Below, in pieces: positions 19,142-29,424 of a DNA stretch of 64,000 bases. Location: assembly GCA_002701645.1 (NCBI GenBank), contig NZWP01000012.1, positions 45,580 through 109,579 of the forward strand. The letters are read 5' to 3'. The translations under genes were made by a program, and so were the position numbers. The notes under the pieces were generated by a model. It searched no databases. It had not been told where the DNA came from and was given only the letters and a program-made list of their open reading frames with translations. This DNA is from Fidelibacterota bacterium (GTDB taxonomy: Bacteria > Fidelibacterota > Marinisomatia > Marinisomatales > Marinisomataceae). Numbering within the stretch: position 1 is the first letter of the stretch; each line of letters opens with the position of its first letter.

Positions 19142-20603
19142 TATGTTGAAAGAAAAGATTATGGATTTAATGGAAAGGTCAGATTTTATGACTCTTTCTA
19201 CTAGCGTTGCAGGGAATTCATCTGCTGCAAATGTATATTTCGCAAACGATGGCTTAGATATGTATTTTTTTACATTTAATCCAACTAGAAAAGCTGTTCA
19301 AATTGCCTTTAATCCAAAAGTCCAATGTGTAGTTAGACCTGATGGAGAAGATGGAATTAAAGAGCTACAAATTGATGGATTTGCTAAAAAAATAACAGAT
19401 CAAGCAGAGAAAGACAAAGCTAGAGAAGCAGTATTAAAGGTTACAAAAGCTTTTTCTGAATATATGCATGATGATTTTTTAATTGCCAATGATGTAGTGG
19501 GTTATTATAAAATAAAACCAACTGTAATTAAATATGTTGATTTCTTCGCTGAAACTCAGTTTGAATGGATGGAAATTTCAGAGAACAGACCGAGTATGTT
19601 ATCAGAATTACTTGGCGGCTTAGGTAGGACTATTAAACGTTGGATGACTATTGTGAGAGCTCCATTTTTAACAGCAACTATTGCCCCAATTTTATTGGGA
19701 TCAGCTATTGCCTACAAACAATTTGGTACATTTGATTGGTCAATTTTTTGGCTTGTATTATTAGGAGCAATCTTTGCACAATGTGGTACAAATACTATCA
19801 ATGACTATTTTGATCACAAGTCTAGAACAGATGAACTTAATAAACTGGCTAGTCCTTTTAATGGTGGATCAAGAGCAATTCAATCCGGATTAATCACCCC
19901 AGCAAATATACTATTAGTATCTGTATTATTTTTTGGTTCTACGATTGGAATTGGTCTGGGGCTCAATAATCTTCTCTTTGGAGACTATCTTGCTATGTCT
20001 GTATTAATGTACTTGGGATTAATAGGAGTATTCCTGGGTGTTATGTATACCGGCTTCTTAAGACTGGCTTATAATGGGATTGGAGATTTAGCAGTGTTTA
20101 TAGGATTTGGACCTTTAATGGTTTATGGTGCAGCATATATGCAAAATCAATCTGTAGATCCTTTAACAACTTTATTGTTCTCAATTCCTGTTGGAATTTT
20201 TATTGCATTAGTTTTATTTATTAATTGTTTTCAAGACTATAATTCCGATAAAGCAGCCAATAAGAATAGTTGGGTTGTTAGATTAGCGGGTCCTGGAGAT
20301 AAAGCAAATTATAGAGCTCCATTCAAAGTATGGAAGAATTTAATGATGTTATCATTCACAATAATTCTTGGAGCATCTGTATATACTGGCAATTTATTTA
20401 CTCTAATAGCATTATTTCCTTTATTGATATTTAATTTTGCTTCAAAAAAAGGAAGCAACTGGCTAGATGAATGGGAAAAAGAAGATGCAAATCTTCAACA
20501 ACTTCCGTATGAATTACTAATTGTTAATGTTTCTACAATTGGTATTCACTTCTTAACTGGAATATTGCTCACATTAGGAATCTTGATTAGTACATGGATT
20601 TAA
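19134..20603 (+). CDS. menA: Fusion protein: N-terminal pyridoxamine-5'-phosphate-oxidase-like (FMN-binding split-barrel) domain plus MenA-type 1,4-dihydroxy-2-naphthoate polyprenyltransferase (UbiA family)
   Basis: Residues about 1-150 are soluble and PNPOx/GSP26-like (MTLSTS...ANVYFANDG..MYFFT). Residues about 175-489 are polytopic and carry the MenA motifs NDYFDHKSRTD, GSRAIQSGLIT and NCFQDYNSDKAANKNSWVVRLAG. Confidence 0.7.
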   Translation: MSNMLKEKIMDLMERSDFMTLSTSVAGNSSAANVYFANDGLDMYFFTFNPTRKAVQIAFNPKVQCVVRPDGEDGIKELQIDGFAKKITDQAEKDKAREAVLKVTKAFSEYMHDDFLIANDVVGYYKIKPTVIKYVDFFAETQFEWMEISENRPSMLSELLGGLGRTIKRWMTIVRAPFLTATIAPILLGSAIAYKQFGTFDWSIFWLVLLGAIFAQCGTNTINDYFDHKSRTDELNKLASPFNGGSRAIQSGLITPANILLVSVLFFGSTIGIGLGLNNLLFGDYLAMSVLMYLGLIGVFLGVMYTGFLRLAYNGIGDLAVFIGFGPLMVYGAAYMQNQSVDPLTTLLFSIPVGIFIALVLFINCFQDYNSDKAANKNSWVVRLAGPGDKANYRAPFKVWKNLMMLSFTIILGASVYTGNLFTLIALFPLLIFNFASKKGSNWLDEWEKEDANLQQLPYELLIVNVSTIGIHFLTGILLTLGILISTWI

Positions 20604-21689
20604 AAGATAAATATAATTCTCTTTTAGAAAAATTTGATCAAATCAGGAGGCATCTTTGACCTTGAAGCCAAAGATGCTCACTTAAGTAATTTAAAGGATC
20701 AAATATCGGACCCATCTTTATGGGATAATAATCAAAAAACAACATCTCTAATGAAAGAAATTTCTATATGTGAAAAAGATATTGATTTAAGAAAAAGCTT
20801 ATCTGAAAAGGCTAGTGATATCAAAGTGATGTTTGAATTTTTAAATGATGGGCAGATAGATGAGAAAGAATTTTCAGAAGAGATTGAGCATTTTTCCAAA
20901 TTAATTAAAGAATTTGAATTAAAATTAATTCTTAATTCGAAGAATGATTCTAAAGATGCTATTATTTCGATTCATCCAGGTGCAGGAGGAACAGAGAGTC
21001 AAGATTGGGCTCAAATGTTATATAGAATGTATTCTATGTGGACAGAATCCAAAGGATTTAAATTCAATATTATTGATTTCCAAGCAGGAGATGAAGCAGG
21101 TATTAAAGATTGTACAATTGAAATTGTAGGAGATTATGCATATGGATTACTCCAATCAGAAATTGGGATACATAGATTAGTAAGAATATCACCTTTTGAT
21201 TCTAATAGCCGTAGGCATACATCTTTTGCTTCAGTATCTGTTTATCCATCTATAGATGAAGATATCGAGATAGAAATTAATCCAAAAGAACTAAGAATAG
21301 ATACATTCCGTTCTAGTGGAGCGGGCGGACAACATGTGAATAAAACAGATTCTGCTATTAGAATTACTCATATACCAACCGGAACGGTTACACAGTGCCA
21401 AACTCAAAGATCTCAACATAAAAACAAAGAGCAGGCATTAAAGGTATTAAAATCAAAGCTGTATCAATTGGAAATTGAGAAGCAAGCAGAGTCTAAAAAA
21501 ATACTTGAGGGAGAGAAAAAGGATATTGCCTGGGGAAATCAAATAAGATCGTATGTTTTTCATCCATATAACATGATTAAAGATCATAGAACAAAATTTG
21601 AAGTAGGAAATGTCAAAGCAGTTATGGATGGAAATATAGATGACTTTATGTATAGTTATTTATTAGATAAAATGGAAAAAAATAAATAA
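20594..21689 (+). CDS. prfB: Peptide chain release factor 2, requiring a programmed +1 frameshift (frame 0 spans 20594-20656, then 20658-21689)
   Basis: Frame 0 reads MDLKDKYNSLLEKFDQIRRHL then TGA. The +1 frame continues DLEAKDAHL... and carries the SPF (RISPFDS) and GGQ (SGAGGQHVNKT) motifs. The ORF-track start at 20634 is an artefact of the shifted frame. Confidence 0.9.
20645..20660 (+). promoter_or_regulatory. RF2 autoregulatory +1 frameshift site: internal SD AGGAGG, 3-nt spacer, CTT TGA C
   Basis: AGGAGGcatCTTTGAC has the same architecture as the E. coli prfB site AGGGGGtatCTTTGAC. Confidence 0.85.
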
Positions 21690-21701
21690 GTTTATTTCGA
21701 T

Positions 21702-23177
21702 ATGGAAAATAAAAGCTTAAAACAAATTATTGCCAACCGTCTAGAAAAATTAGATAAAATTCGCCAATTAGGCGTGAATCCTTATCCTTATGAATTTAAT
21801 GTTACGCATTCAACCTCAGATATTACCAAAGACAAGGTTGATAAGAAGGTATCTGTAGCCGGAAGAGTAATGTCTCTGAGAAAGATGGGTAAAGCTGCTT
21901 TTGCTAATATTCAAGATGCCCATGGTAGGGTTCAATTATATATCGCAAGAGATGATGTGGGTGAAGACAATTATAGCTTATTCAAATTAGTTGATATTGG
22001 AGATTTTATTGGAATTGATGGTGTAGTTTTTATTACAAGAACAGATGAACTTACCGTTAAAGCTGAAAATGTAACTATGTTGAGTAAAAATTTAAGACCT
22101 ATTCCTGATGTTAAAGAAAAAGATGGAGAGAAATATAATTCAGTATCAGACAAAGAGTTAAGATATAGAAAGCGTTATCTTGATATGATTATTAATCCAG
22201 AAACAAAAGATAACTATATCAAAAGATTTAAAATTATTAATTCCATAAGAGAGTTTCTAAATAAAAATGGTTACATAGAAGTGGAAACACCTGTTTTACA
22301 GCCAGTTTATGGTGGAGCCAATGCTAAACCTTTTAAAACATTCCATCATGCATTGGATCAAGAATTTTTTCTAAGAATTGCAACTGAACTATATTTGAAG
22401 CAATTGATTGTAGGTGGATTTGAAAAAGTGTATGAAATGTCTAAAGATTTTAGAAATGAAGGTATTGATCGAAGCCATAATCCAGAATTTACTATGCTTG
22501 AATTCTATCAGGCTTATGCAGATTATAACTTCATGATGGATTTTGTAGAAGAAATGTTTAAGAAAGTAGCAACAGATTTAGGTGTTAAAAAAATATCATG
22601 GGATGGAAATAATATTGATTTATCTAAGAAATTTGCAAGAAAAACAATGGATGAATTAATTAAGGAACATACTGGGCATTCTATAGATTTAACTGATAGT
22701 AAAGCAGTATTTGGTGTATGTAAAAAATTAGACTTAAAAGTGAAAAAAACTGATAGTCTTGCAAAGATGATTGATGAAATAATGAGAAGAAAAATTGAAC
22801 CAAATCTAATTAATCCTACTTATGTAATGAATCATCCTGTAGAGATTTCACCGTTAGCAAAAGTCAATAGAGATGGAGATACAGATTCCACTGAAAGATT
22901 TGAATTATTTATTGCAGGTATGGAATTTGCAAATGGATTTTCTGAATTAAACGATCCAATAGATCAAAGAAAAAGATTTGAAGATCAATCAGCTAAAAAA
23001 GATGGTGGCGATGAAGAAGCTTTTCCTGTAGATGAGAATTTTTTAGAAGCTATAGAGATTGGAATGCCTCCAACAGCGGGTGTTGGTATTGGAATTGATC
23101 GATTAGTCATGTTGTTTATTGATACTAGGTGGATTAGAGATGCAATTATCTTTCCCACACTTAAATCTCTAAAATGA
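21702..23177 (+). CDS. lysS: Lysine--tRNA ligase (class II)
   Basis: OB anticodon-binding N-terminal domain. Class II motifs FRNEGID.SHNPEFTMLEFY and GIGIDRLVM. Confidence 0.95.
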   Translation: MENKSLKQIIANRLEKLDKIRQLGVNPYPYEFNVTHSTSDITKDKVDKKVSVAGRVMSLRKMGKAAFANIQDAHGRVQLYIARDDVGEDNYSLFKLVDIGDFIGIDGVVFITRTDELTVKAENVTMLSKNLRPIPDVKEKDGEKYNSVSDKELRYRKRYLDMIINPETKDNYIKRFKIINSIREFLNKNGYIEVETPVLQPVYGGANAKPFKTFHHALDQEFFLRIATELYLKQLIVGGFEKVYEMSKDFRNEGIDRSHNPEFTMLEFYQAYADYNFMMDFVEEMFKKVATDLGVKKISWDGNNIDLSKKFARKTMDELIKEHTGHSIDLTDSKAVFGVCKKLDLKVKKTDSLAKMIDEIMRRKIEPNLINPTYVMNHPVEISPLAKVNRDGDTDSTERFELFIAGMEFANGFSELNDPIDQRKRFEDQSAKKDGGDEEAFPVDENFLEAIEIGMPPTAGVGIGIDRLVMLFIDTRWIRDAIIFPTLKSLK

Positions 23178-24346
23178 AATTAGTTTTTCTTGTTTTAAGA
23201 AGACTGTTTTTCTCATCACAAAGTAATTTTCTCTTCAAAATTACAAATATTGTTTCGATTGTAAGTCTAGCCCTTGGTATAGCTTCGTTAAATACTGTCT
23301 TAGGCGCAGTTAATGGATTTGAGAGCAAGGTATCTGAGAAATTATCTTCTATTAACGGCTATACAACTATTAATCATTTATTTGAAGATGATTTTTTAAT
23401 TGATCAATCAGTATTGCCTGACTTTTATAGTAATTATGAGTCTAGTTTAGTGCCTTACGTTGAGAAACCAGCAATTCTTAAATCAAAATATAACAGTAGC
23501 AACGTCATAATATACGGTCTAGACAATAGCGATTTTAAAGATTTTAATTTATTTAATAGTTTTCATACCAGTCTTGAAATTATTAATGAAAACAATGTTA
23601 TCGTTGGCAGTCTTCTCGCACAAAATCTTGGCCTATCAATAGGAGATGAGATTGTTATTTTTAATCCATTAATTTCAAAAAGAACATTAGAAAGAAATAA
23701 ATTTTTATTTTTAGAAATAAAAGAAATATATCATTCTGGTATAGATGACTATGATTCAAGATTAGTATTCATTCCTATAAATACAGTGCAATCTTATTTT
23801 GATTTAGATAGTAGTATTAGTGGCTGGATGAATTTTGATCCTTTTCTAGAAATAAAAGATGTGGATTATCCATTTTATCAATTAAGCCTTAAGGATAGGC
23901 ATAGCGACCTTTTTGAATGGATCAATACACAGCAATGGCCAATTATTTTTATTTTTAGTCTAATTGCATTGGTATCATATTTTAATTTGATGGGGTCAAT
24001 AAATATTCTTTTTTATGAAAAGAGATTTAATTTAGCGATTATGAAGACATACGGTATGTCAAATAAAAAATTGTCAGTAATATTTATTATTCAAGGAATG
24101 GTATTAGCATTGATTGGAGCGATACTCGGAATTTTATTATCTCTATTTATTATTTCCATGCAGGAGAAGTTTCATTTTATATCTTTAGCTGAAAATATCT
24201 ATTTTGTTAGTTATTTGCCGATGATATTTAGCATAAATAATGCTGTTTATACATTATTCTTTAGTCTTGTATGTAGTATATTATTTTCAAGCGTTTCCTT
24301 GATATATCTTTTATCTATTAATCCATCTAAAATTTTAAAAAATTAA
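23174..24346 (+). CDS. FtsX-family ABC permease, LolC/LolE-like
   Basis: N-terminal TM, large periplasmic MacB-like domain and a C-terminal 3-TM FtsX domain. Followed by a paralog and the lolD-like ATPase. ATGA overlap with lysS. Confidence 0.7.
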   Translation: MKLVFLVLRRLFFSSQSNFLFKITNIVSIVSLALGIASLNTVLGAVNGFESKVSEKLSSINGYTTINHLFEDDFLIDQSVLPDFYSNYESSLVPYVEKPAILKSKYNSSNVIIYGLDNSDFKDFNLFNSFHTSLEIINENNVIVGSLLAQNLGLSIGDEIVIFNPLISKRTLERNKFLFLEIKEIYHSGIDDYDSRLVFIPINTVQSYFDLDSSISGWMNFDPFLEIKDVDYPFYQLSLKDRHSDLFEWINTQQWPIIFIFSLIALVSYFNLMGSINILFYEKRFNLAIMKTYGMSNKKLSVIFIIQGMVLALIGAILGILLSLFIISMQEKFHFISLAENIYFVSYLPMIFSINNAVYTLFFSLVCSILFSSVSLIYLLSINPSKILKN

Positions 24347-25494
24347 TGAATGTAATTTTCTTAATAGCAAAACGTTTTTTGATGCCAAGAAACATGTTAG
24401 AAGGAGGTATTATTAATATTATATCTTTTCTAGGACTGTTCATTGGCGCAACATCAATCATATTATCAGTAGCAGTTCTTAATGGATTTCAAGGTATTCT
24501 CGAAGATGAAACGAAAAAGATATATGGAGACTATGCTATAATTAATTTCGATTATGATAGAGATAAAGAGTTGATAGAAAATTTTGAAAAAAATAGTATT
24601 AAATATGCACCATATTATGAGGAAGAATTTTTTATATCAAAAAATAAAAAACAATCATTAGTGAATTTAAAGACTATTGAAAGTTCAAGATTTGATGGCT
24701 TTTATGATCTAGAATTAGTTGAAGATAATAGAGGCCTAAGTGATGGAGAAATTATTATCGGAAAATCTTTAGCTGATAAAATGGATTTTAGTATTGGTGA
24801 TTCTATATCAATTTATAGCACTAAGCTCAATATGAGTTATTTAGCGATGCCACTTACTAAAGAGTTGCTGGTCACAAATATCTTCAAAAATAGGATATTA
24901 AGATCTGATGAATTTCTAATTTTTACGGTATCTAAAGAATATAGTTTTCCTAACAAAAAGTTTACTGATATTGAAATCGTTGGAGACATAGATGGTGTTG
25001 TTACAATGCCAAATGACAATATTGTTTCATGGAAAGACAGAAATAGGCAGCTATTTGATGCCACTGAAATTGAGAAGAAAATTACCTTTTTTACATTATT
25101 TCTTATCATAGTTGTAGCTTCATTTAACTTATCTTCCTCTGTGATGCAAATTGCAACTAAAAAAACAAGAGAAATGGCAATTCTGAGTACTTTTGGAATG
25201 AGTAAAAATAGTATATCTAGTATATTTTTGGTCTATGGTTATTTATTGGCAATCACTGCTATAGTTAGTGGAATTTTATTTGCTTTATTAATTATATATA
25301 TACAAAACACGTTCGGAGTGTTTATGTTAAACCCTGAGTTTTATTTGGTCAGCATGCTTCCTATGGAAATTAGTTTTAAAGATATCTCTTTGTTGTTATT
25401 TTACTCTATACTAATAATTGGATTATTTGCAACATTGCCTTTAATGCTTATTAAAAAAATACGTCCAATTGAATTGATAAATAAAAACATATGA
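24346..25494 (+). CDS. FtsX-family ABC permease, LolC/LolE-like (second paralog)
   Basis: Same architecture as the upstream gene. TAATG overlap with it. Confidence 0.7.
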   Translation: MNVIFLIAKRFLMPRNMLEGGIINIISFLGLFIGATSIILSVAVLNGFQGILEDETKKIYGDYAIINFDYDRDKELIENFEKNSIKYAPYYEEEFFISKNKKQSLVNLKTIESSRFDGFYDLELVEDNRGLSDGEIIIGKSLADKMDFSIGDSISIYSTKLNMSYLAMPLTKELLVTNIFKNRILRSDEFLIFTVSKEYSFPNKKFTDIEIVGDIDGVVTMPNDNIVSWKDRNRQLFDATEIEKKITFFTLFLIIVVASFNLSSSVMQIATKKTREMAILSTFGMSKNSISSIFLVYGYLLAITAIVSGILFALLIIYIQNTFGVFMLNPEFYLVSMLPMEISFKDISLLLFYSILIIGLFATLPLMLIKKIRPIELINKNI

Positions 25495-26144
25495 TATTAT
25501 CAGTCAAAAATCTTAAGAAAACTTTTAAAGACGGAGATAAAGTACTTGAAGTCTTAAAAGGAGTTAGTTTTAATCTTAATAAAGGAGATATATTAACTAT
25601 TAAAGGGCCATCTGGCTCTGGAAAATCTACTTTATTAAGCTTGTTAGGGACTCTAGATCAGCCTGACAGTGGTGAGGTAATAATCGATAATAATAATCTA
25701 AAAGATATTAAAGACTATGACTTGATAAGAAATACTCATATTGGATTTATATTTCAATTTCATAATTTAATATCAGAATTGAATGTTGTTGAAAATGTGA
25801 CTATTCCAACACTTATAGCAGGTAAAAAGATTGATGAAGCTTATGTAAATGAGTTATTTGATTATTTTGATCTATCAAATCGTAAAAAATCTTTTCCCTT
25901 AGATCTTTCTGGAGGAGAGAAACAAAGAATATCTGTAATGCGAGCTATTATCAATAAGCCCTCAATAGTAATAGCAGATGAGCCAACAGGAAATTTAGAT
26001 GAGCACAATGCTATTAAAATGATTGATTTGTTTCAAAAATTAAATCATGATTTTAATCTAACTTTTGTCATTGCCACTCATGATAAAAAGGTATTTAATA
26101 TAGGTGATAAAAAAATGAACCTATATGATGGAATCCTCTTATAA
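25491..26144 (+). CDS. lolD: ABC transporter ATP-binding protein, LolD/MacB-ATPase-like
   Basis: Walker A GPSGSGKST, signature LSGGEKQR, Walker B VIADEPTGNLD. Confidence 0.8.
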   Translation: MILSVKNLKKTFKDGDKVLEVLKGVSFNLNKGDILTIKGPSGSGKSTLLSLLGTLDQPDSGEVIIDNNNLKDIKDYDLIRNTHIGFIFQFHNLISELNVVENVTIPTLIAGKKIDEAYVNELFDYFDLSNRKKSFPLDLSGGEKQRISVMRAIINKPSIVIADEPTGNLDEHNAIKMIDLFQKLNHDFNLTFVIATHDKKVFNIGDKKMNLYDGILL

Positions 26145-26162
26145 TTATAAAATAAAGTCTTA

Positions 26163-26200
26163 TATGTGCCATATAGGCACATAATTTGTCATATATGACA
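26163..26200. promoter_or_regulatory. Two perfect inverted repeats upstream of dnaK: TATGTGCC-N5-GGCACATA (26163-26183) and TGTCATATATGACA (26187-26200)
   Basis: Read directly from the sequence. They lie 13-50 bp upstream of the -24/-12-like element. This is a candidate operator or enhancer-binding site. Confidence 0.4.
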
Positions 26201-26212
26201 TATATATTCTCT

Positions 26213-26228
26213 TGGCATGCTCTTTGCA
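26213..26228 (+). promoter_or_regulatory. Candidate sigma-54 (-24/-12) promoter TGGCATGCTCTTTGCA upstream of dnaK
   Basis: Matches TGGCAC-N5-TTGCW at GG, at GC and in the exact spacing. The -12 GC lies about 42 nt upstream of the dnaK ATG. Confidence 0.45.
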
Positions 26229-26268
26229 TCTATAAATAGCGAAAACTAAAATATAATAGGAGATTTTT

Positions 26269-28179
26269 ATGGGAAAAATAATTGGAATTGATTTAGGGAC
26301 AACAAACTCTTGTGTAGCGGTAATGGAAGGTGGAGAACCTACTATTATTACTAGCCCTGAAGGTGGAAGAACTACGCCATCGGTGGTAGGTTTTACAAAA
26401 GAGGGAGATCGTTTAGTGGGTGATCCTGCAAAACGTCAAGCTGTAACTAATCCAAACAATACTATTTATTCAATTAAAAGATTTATGGGTAGAACTCCTG
26501 CCGAAATCAAAAAAGATATAGAAGAAGTTGCTTATAAAGTTGCTGTAGACGGCACTAAAGTTAAGGTAGAGGCAAATGGTAAAAAATATCAACCGCAAGA
26601 AATCAGTGCTATGATTTTACAAAAAATGAAACAAATGGCTGAGCAATATCTTGGAACTGATGTTACTGATGCCGTTATTACTGTGCCTGCATATTTTAAC
26701 GATTCACAAAGAAAGGCAACTAAAGATGCTGGAAAGATTGCAGGATTAAATGTTAAAAGAATTATTAATGAGCCAACTGCCGCATCATTAGCTTATGGAT
26801 TTGATAAAAAGAAAGATGAAAAAATAGCTGTATTTGATTTAGGTGGAGGTACTTTTGATATTTCTATTCTTGATATTCTCAATGATGAAGGTCAAACAAT
26901 AGAGGTCAATGCAAGTAATGGTGATGGAAGATTAGGTGGAGATGATTTTGACCAAAAAGTTGTTGATTGGTTAGCTGATAAATTCAAAAAGAATGAGGGA
27001 ATTGATTTAAGAAAAGATCCGATGGCCTTACAAAGATTGAAAGAAGCAGCTGAAAGTGCCAAAAAAGAACTTTCATCTTCAAAACAGACAGAAATTAATT
27101 TACCTTTTATTACTGCTGATTCATCAGGCCCAAAACACTTAAACATTACTTTAACAAGAGCTACTTTTGAGAAATTAGTTGCAGATCTTGTTGAGAAAGT
27201 GGTCGGGCCATGTAAGCAGGCATTAAAGGATGCTAAGCTTGCTGCTAAAAATATTAATGAGGTAATTTTAGTTGGTGGTTCAACTAGAATCCCTGCAGTT
27301 CAAGATAAGGTAAAAGAAATATTTGGCAAAGAGCCAAATCAAAGTGTTAATCCTGATGAAGTAGTAGCTCTTGGAGCAGCTATACAAGCAGGTGTATTAG
27401 CAGGTGATGTGGATGATGTGTTATTGCTTGATGTTACCCCATTAACTTTAGGTATTGAAACTATGGGTGGTGTTGCAACAGGTTTAATTGAGAAAAATAC
27501 AACCATTCCAACTCAGAAATCGCAAATCTTTAGTACTGCAGCAGATAATCAACCAATGGTAGAGATTCATGTAGTTCAAGGAGAGAGACAGTTAGCCCAG
27601 GACAATAAAAGTCTTGGAAGGTTCCATTTAGATGGCATTCCTCCTGCACCAAGGGGCACTCCACAAATTGAAGTGACATTTGATATGGATGCTGATGGTA
27701 TTTTAAATGTAAAAGCTACAGATAAAGCTACTGCTAAAGAGCAAAGCATTAGAATAGAAGCTCAAAGCGGGTTGTCTGATCAAGAAATTGAGAAAATGGT
27801 TAGTGATGCTAAGAAACATGAAGCTGAAGACAAGATTAAAAAAGAAGAGATTGAAACTAAGAATCAAGCAGAACAATTAGTTTATCAAACAGAAAAACAA
27901 ATGAAAGATCTAGATGATAAGTTAAGCGAAGATGATAAAAAAGATCTCAATGAGTCTTTAGATAAGCTAAAAGCAGCTAATACATCAGGCAACATCGATG
28001 ACATCAAGACAGAAATTGAGAATTTAAATTCTGTATGGAGTTCTAAGTCTTCTAGTATGTATGCAAATTCTACAGATGGAACAGAGCCTCCACAAGAAGC
28101 TCCAAGTCCTAAATCTTCATCAAAAAAACAAGATGATAAAAAGATTGAAGATGCAGAGTTTGAAGTTGTTGAAGATTAG
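26269..28179 (+). CDS. dnaK: Molecular chaperone DnaK (Hsp70)
   Basis: Canonical [17 protein letters not shown] and [11 protein letters not shown] blocks, full length. Good SD (AGGAG). No adjacent grpE or dnaJ. Confidence 0.97.
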   Translation: MGKIIGIDLGTTNSCVAVMEGGEPTIITSPEGGRTTPSVVGFTKEGDRLVGDPAKRQAVTNPNNTIYSIKRFMGRTPAEIKKDIEEVAYKVAVDGTKVKVEANGKKYQPQEISAMILQKMKQMAEQYLGTDVTDAVITVPAYFNDSQRKATKDAGKIAGLNVKRIINEPTAASLAYGFDKKKDEKIAVFDLGGGTFDISILDILNDEGQTIEVNASNGDGRLGGDDFDQKVVDWLADKFKKNEGIDLRKDPMALQRLKEAAESAKKELSSSKQTEINLPFITADSSGPKHLNITLTRATFEKLVADLVEKVVGPCKQALKDAKLAAKNINEVILVGGSTRIPAVQDKVKEIFGKEPNQSVNPDEVVALGAAIQAGVLAGDVDDVLLLDVTPLTLGIETMGGVATGLIEKNTTIPTQKSQIFSTAADNQPMVEIHVVQGERQLAQDNKSLGRFHLDGIPPAPRGTPQIEVTFDMDADGILNVKATDKATAKEQSIRIEAQSGLSDQEIEKMVSDAKKHEAEDKIKKEEIETKNQAEQLVYQTEKQMKDLDDKLSEDDKKDLNESLDKLKAANTSGNIDDIKTEIENLNSVWSSKSSSMYANSTDGTEPPQEAPSPKSSSKKQDDKKIEDAEFEVVED

Positions 28180-28224
28180 ATTTTAGATTTTTTATTAGAC
28201 TATTAATAGTTAGTTTTTGAACAA

Positions 28225-29424
28225 ATGAATAGTCTAATAAGAAAAATATTCAAAACGTTCTTTAGTATAGCAATAACTTTTTTTTTATTCCTCATCATTG
28301 TTAGTATTTCCTTATACGTATATATAGGAAAAGGATTAGAGTTTGAAATTAATAAATCAAATTCTGCTGTCGCTTCTTTATCAAAACAGTATAATATTGA
28401 TTTTGATCCATCATCAACTATCAACCTTGTTGCTGACACTGATAGAGTAGATGTATATCTATTATTAAAAAATGTTACCATTAATAAGAGTAATGAGAGC
28501 TTTCTAAAGGCAAATAATGCATCGCTAAGAACTAGTCTATCCTATACCAATATTATGTTATTAGGTAGTAATCTGTTTAGTACTGAAAAAATACTATACT
28601 CTTTGATTGATAGCATAAATATTCATTTAAATGAACCTGTTTTAAATATAAAACATCTTAACAGTTTAAATAGTACTAACTCGTCAAAAGGTAGTCAATT
28701 TTTTCCATTAAGCATCAAAGCAGACAATGGAATATTGTTTGATGGTGATTTAGAAATAGGACAATTTTCTATGGAAGTAGATCTTAATCAATTCGAGAAT
28801 GAATCAGATATTCAGAGTTATTCTATTCACTTAGAGTCTCATAAAGATTTTCCAGCTGATTATATAGGTCAATTTTTTGAAGCAGTAGCTTTGCTTCAAG
28901 GTGAAAATGAAACAGTTTATTTTGATATAAATATTAAAGATAAAGAAGTTACAACGCCTGAAAATACTCAGATATTAAATGGAATCTTAAGAGTGAGAGA
29001 TACTAAGATGGATTTAGAAAGATTTCCAGTAGAGCTGAAACCTGAACCTATCAGAAATTTAAACTTAGACCTTAATATTATCGATAATATAGGTCAGATT
29101 AATTTTTTAGGCTCTGTTACTAATCCAAAAGTAAAATTGAAACTACAAAAAAACCCTAATTTACAAATTACGGGATCTATTAATTTTCAAGAAATATTGG
29201 AACCATATTTAGATTTAACAGTAAATGGAACAGGTATCTATTTTGCAAAATTAGAGAATAATAATCTTAACGGGATAACAGATTTAAGGGTCTCAATCTC
29301 TGGAAAAAATGTATTAGATTTAGCTGGAGAGCTAAATATAAAAAAAAGTAATGGGTTTTTAGTGCCATTAACAAATAGCACATTTGAAACTCAGCATACT
29401 ATAAAGAAGGAAAATGATGAATAA
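28225..29424 (+). CDS. Membrane-anchored hypothetical protein (weakly AsmA/TamB-like beta-rich C-terminus)
   Basis: N-terminal TM (FFSIAITFFLFLIIVSISLYVYI). The C-terminal region has repeated motifs of the form L.V.GTG...L.I.G. Its stop overlaps the moxR start. No catalytic motif recognised. Confidence 0.4.
   Translation: MNSLIRKIFKTFFSIAITFFLFLIIVSISLYVYIGKGLEFEINKSNSAVASLSKQYNIDFDPSSTINLVADTDRVDVYLLLKNVTINKSNESFLKANNASLRTSLSYTNIMLLGSNLFSTEKILYSLIDSINIHLNEPVLNIKHLNSLNSTNSSKGSQFFPLSIKADNGILFDGDLEIGQFSMEVDLNQFENESDIQSYSIHLESHKDFPADYIGQFFEAVALLQGENETVYFDINIKDKEVTTPENTQILNGILRVRDTKMDLERFPVELKPEPIRNLNLDLNIIDNIGQINFLGSVTNPKVKLKLQKNPNLQITGSINFQEILEPYLDLTVNGTGIYFAKLENNNLNGITDLRVSISGKNVLDLAGELNIKKSNGFLVPLTNSTFETQHTIKKENDE

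Noticed and set aside
26145-26268. CIRCE (HrcA) operator upstream of dnaK
   Set aside because: No TTAGCACTC-N9-GAGTGCTAA-like sequence is present. The palindromes that are present have different sequences.
28203-28481. 92-aa minus-strand ORF overlapping the start of the 28225 gene
   Set aside because: It overlaps a plus-strand gene that has a convincing TM N-terminus and operon continuity with moxR. The minus ORF has no RBS and no recognisable features.
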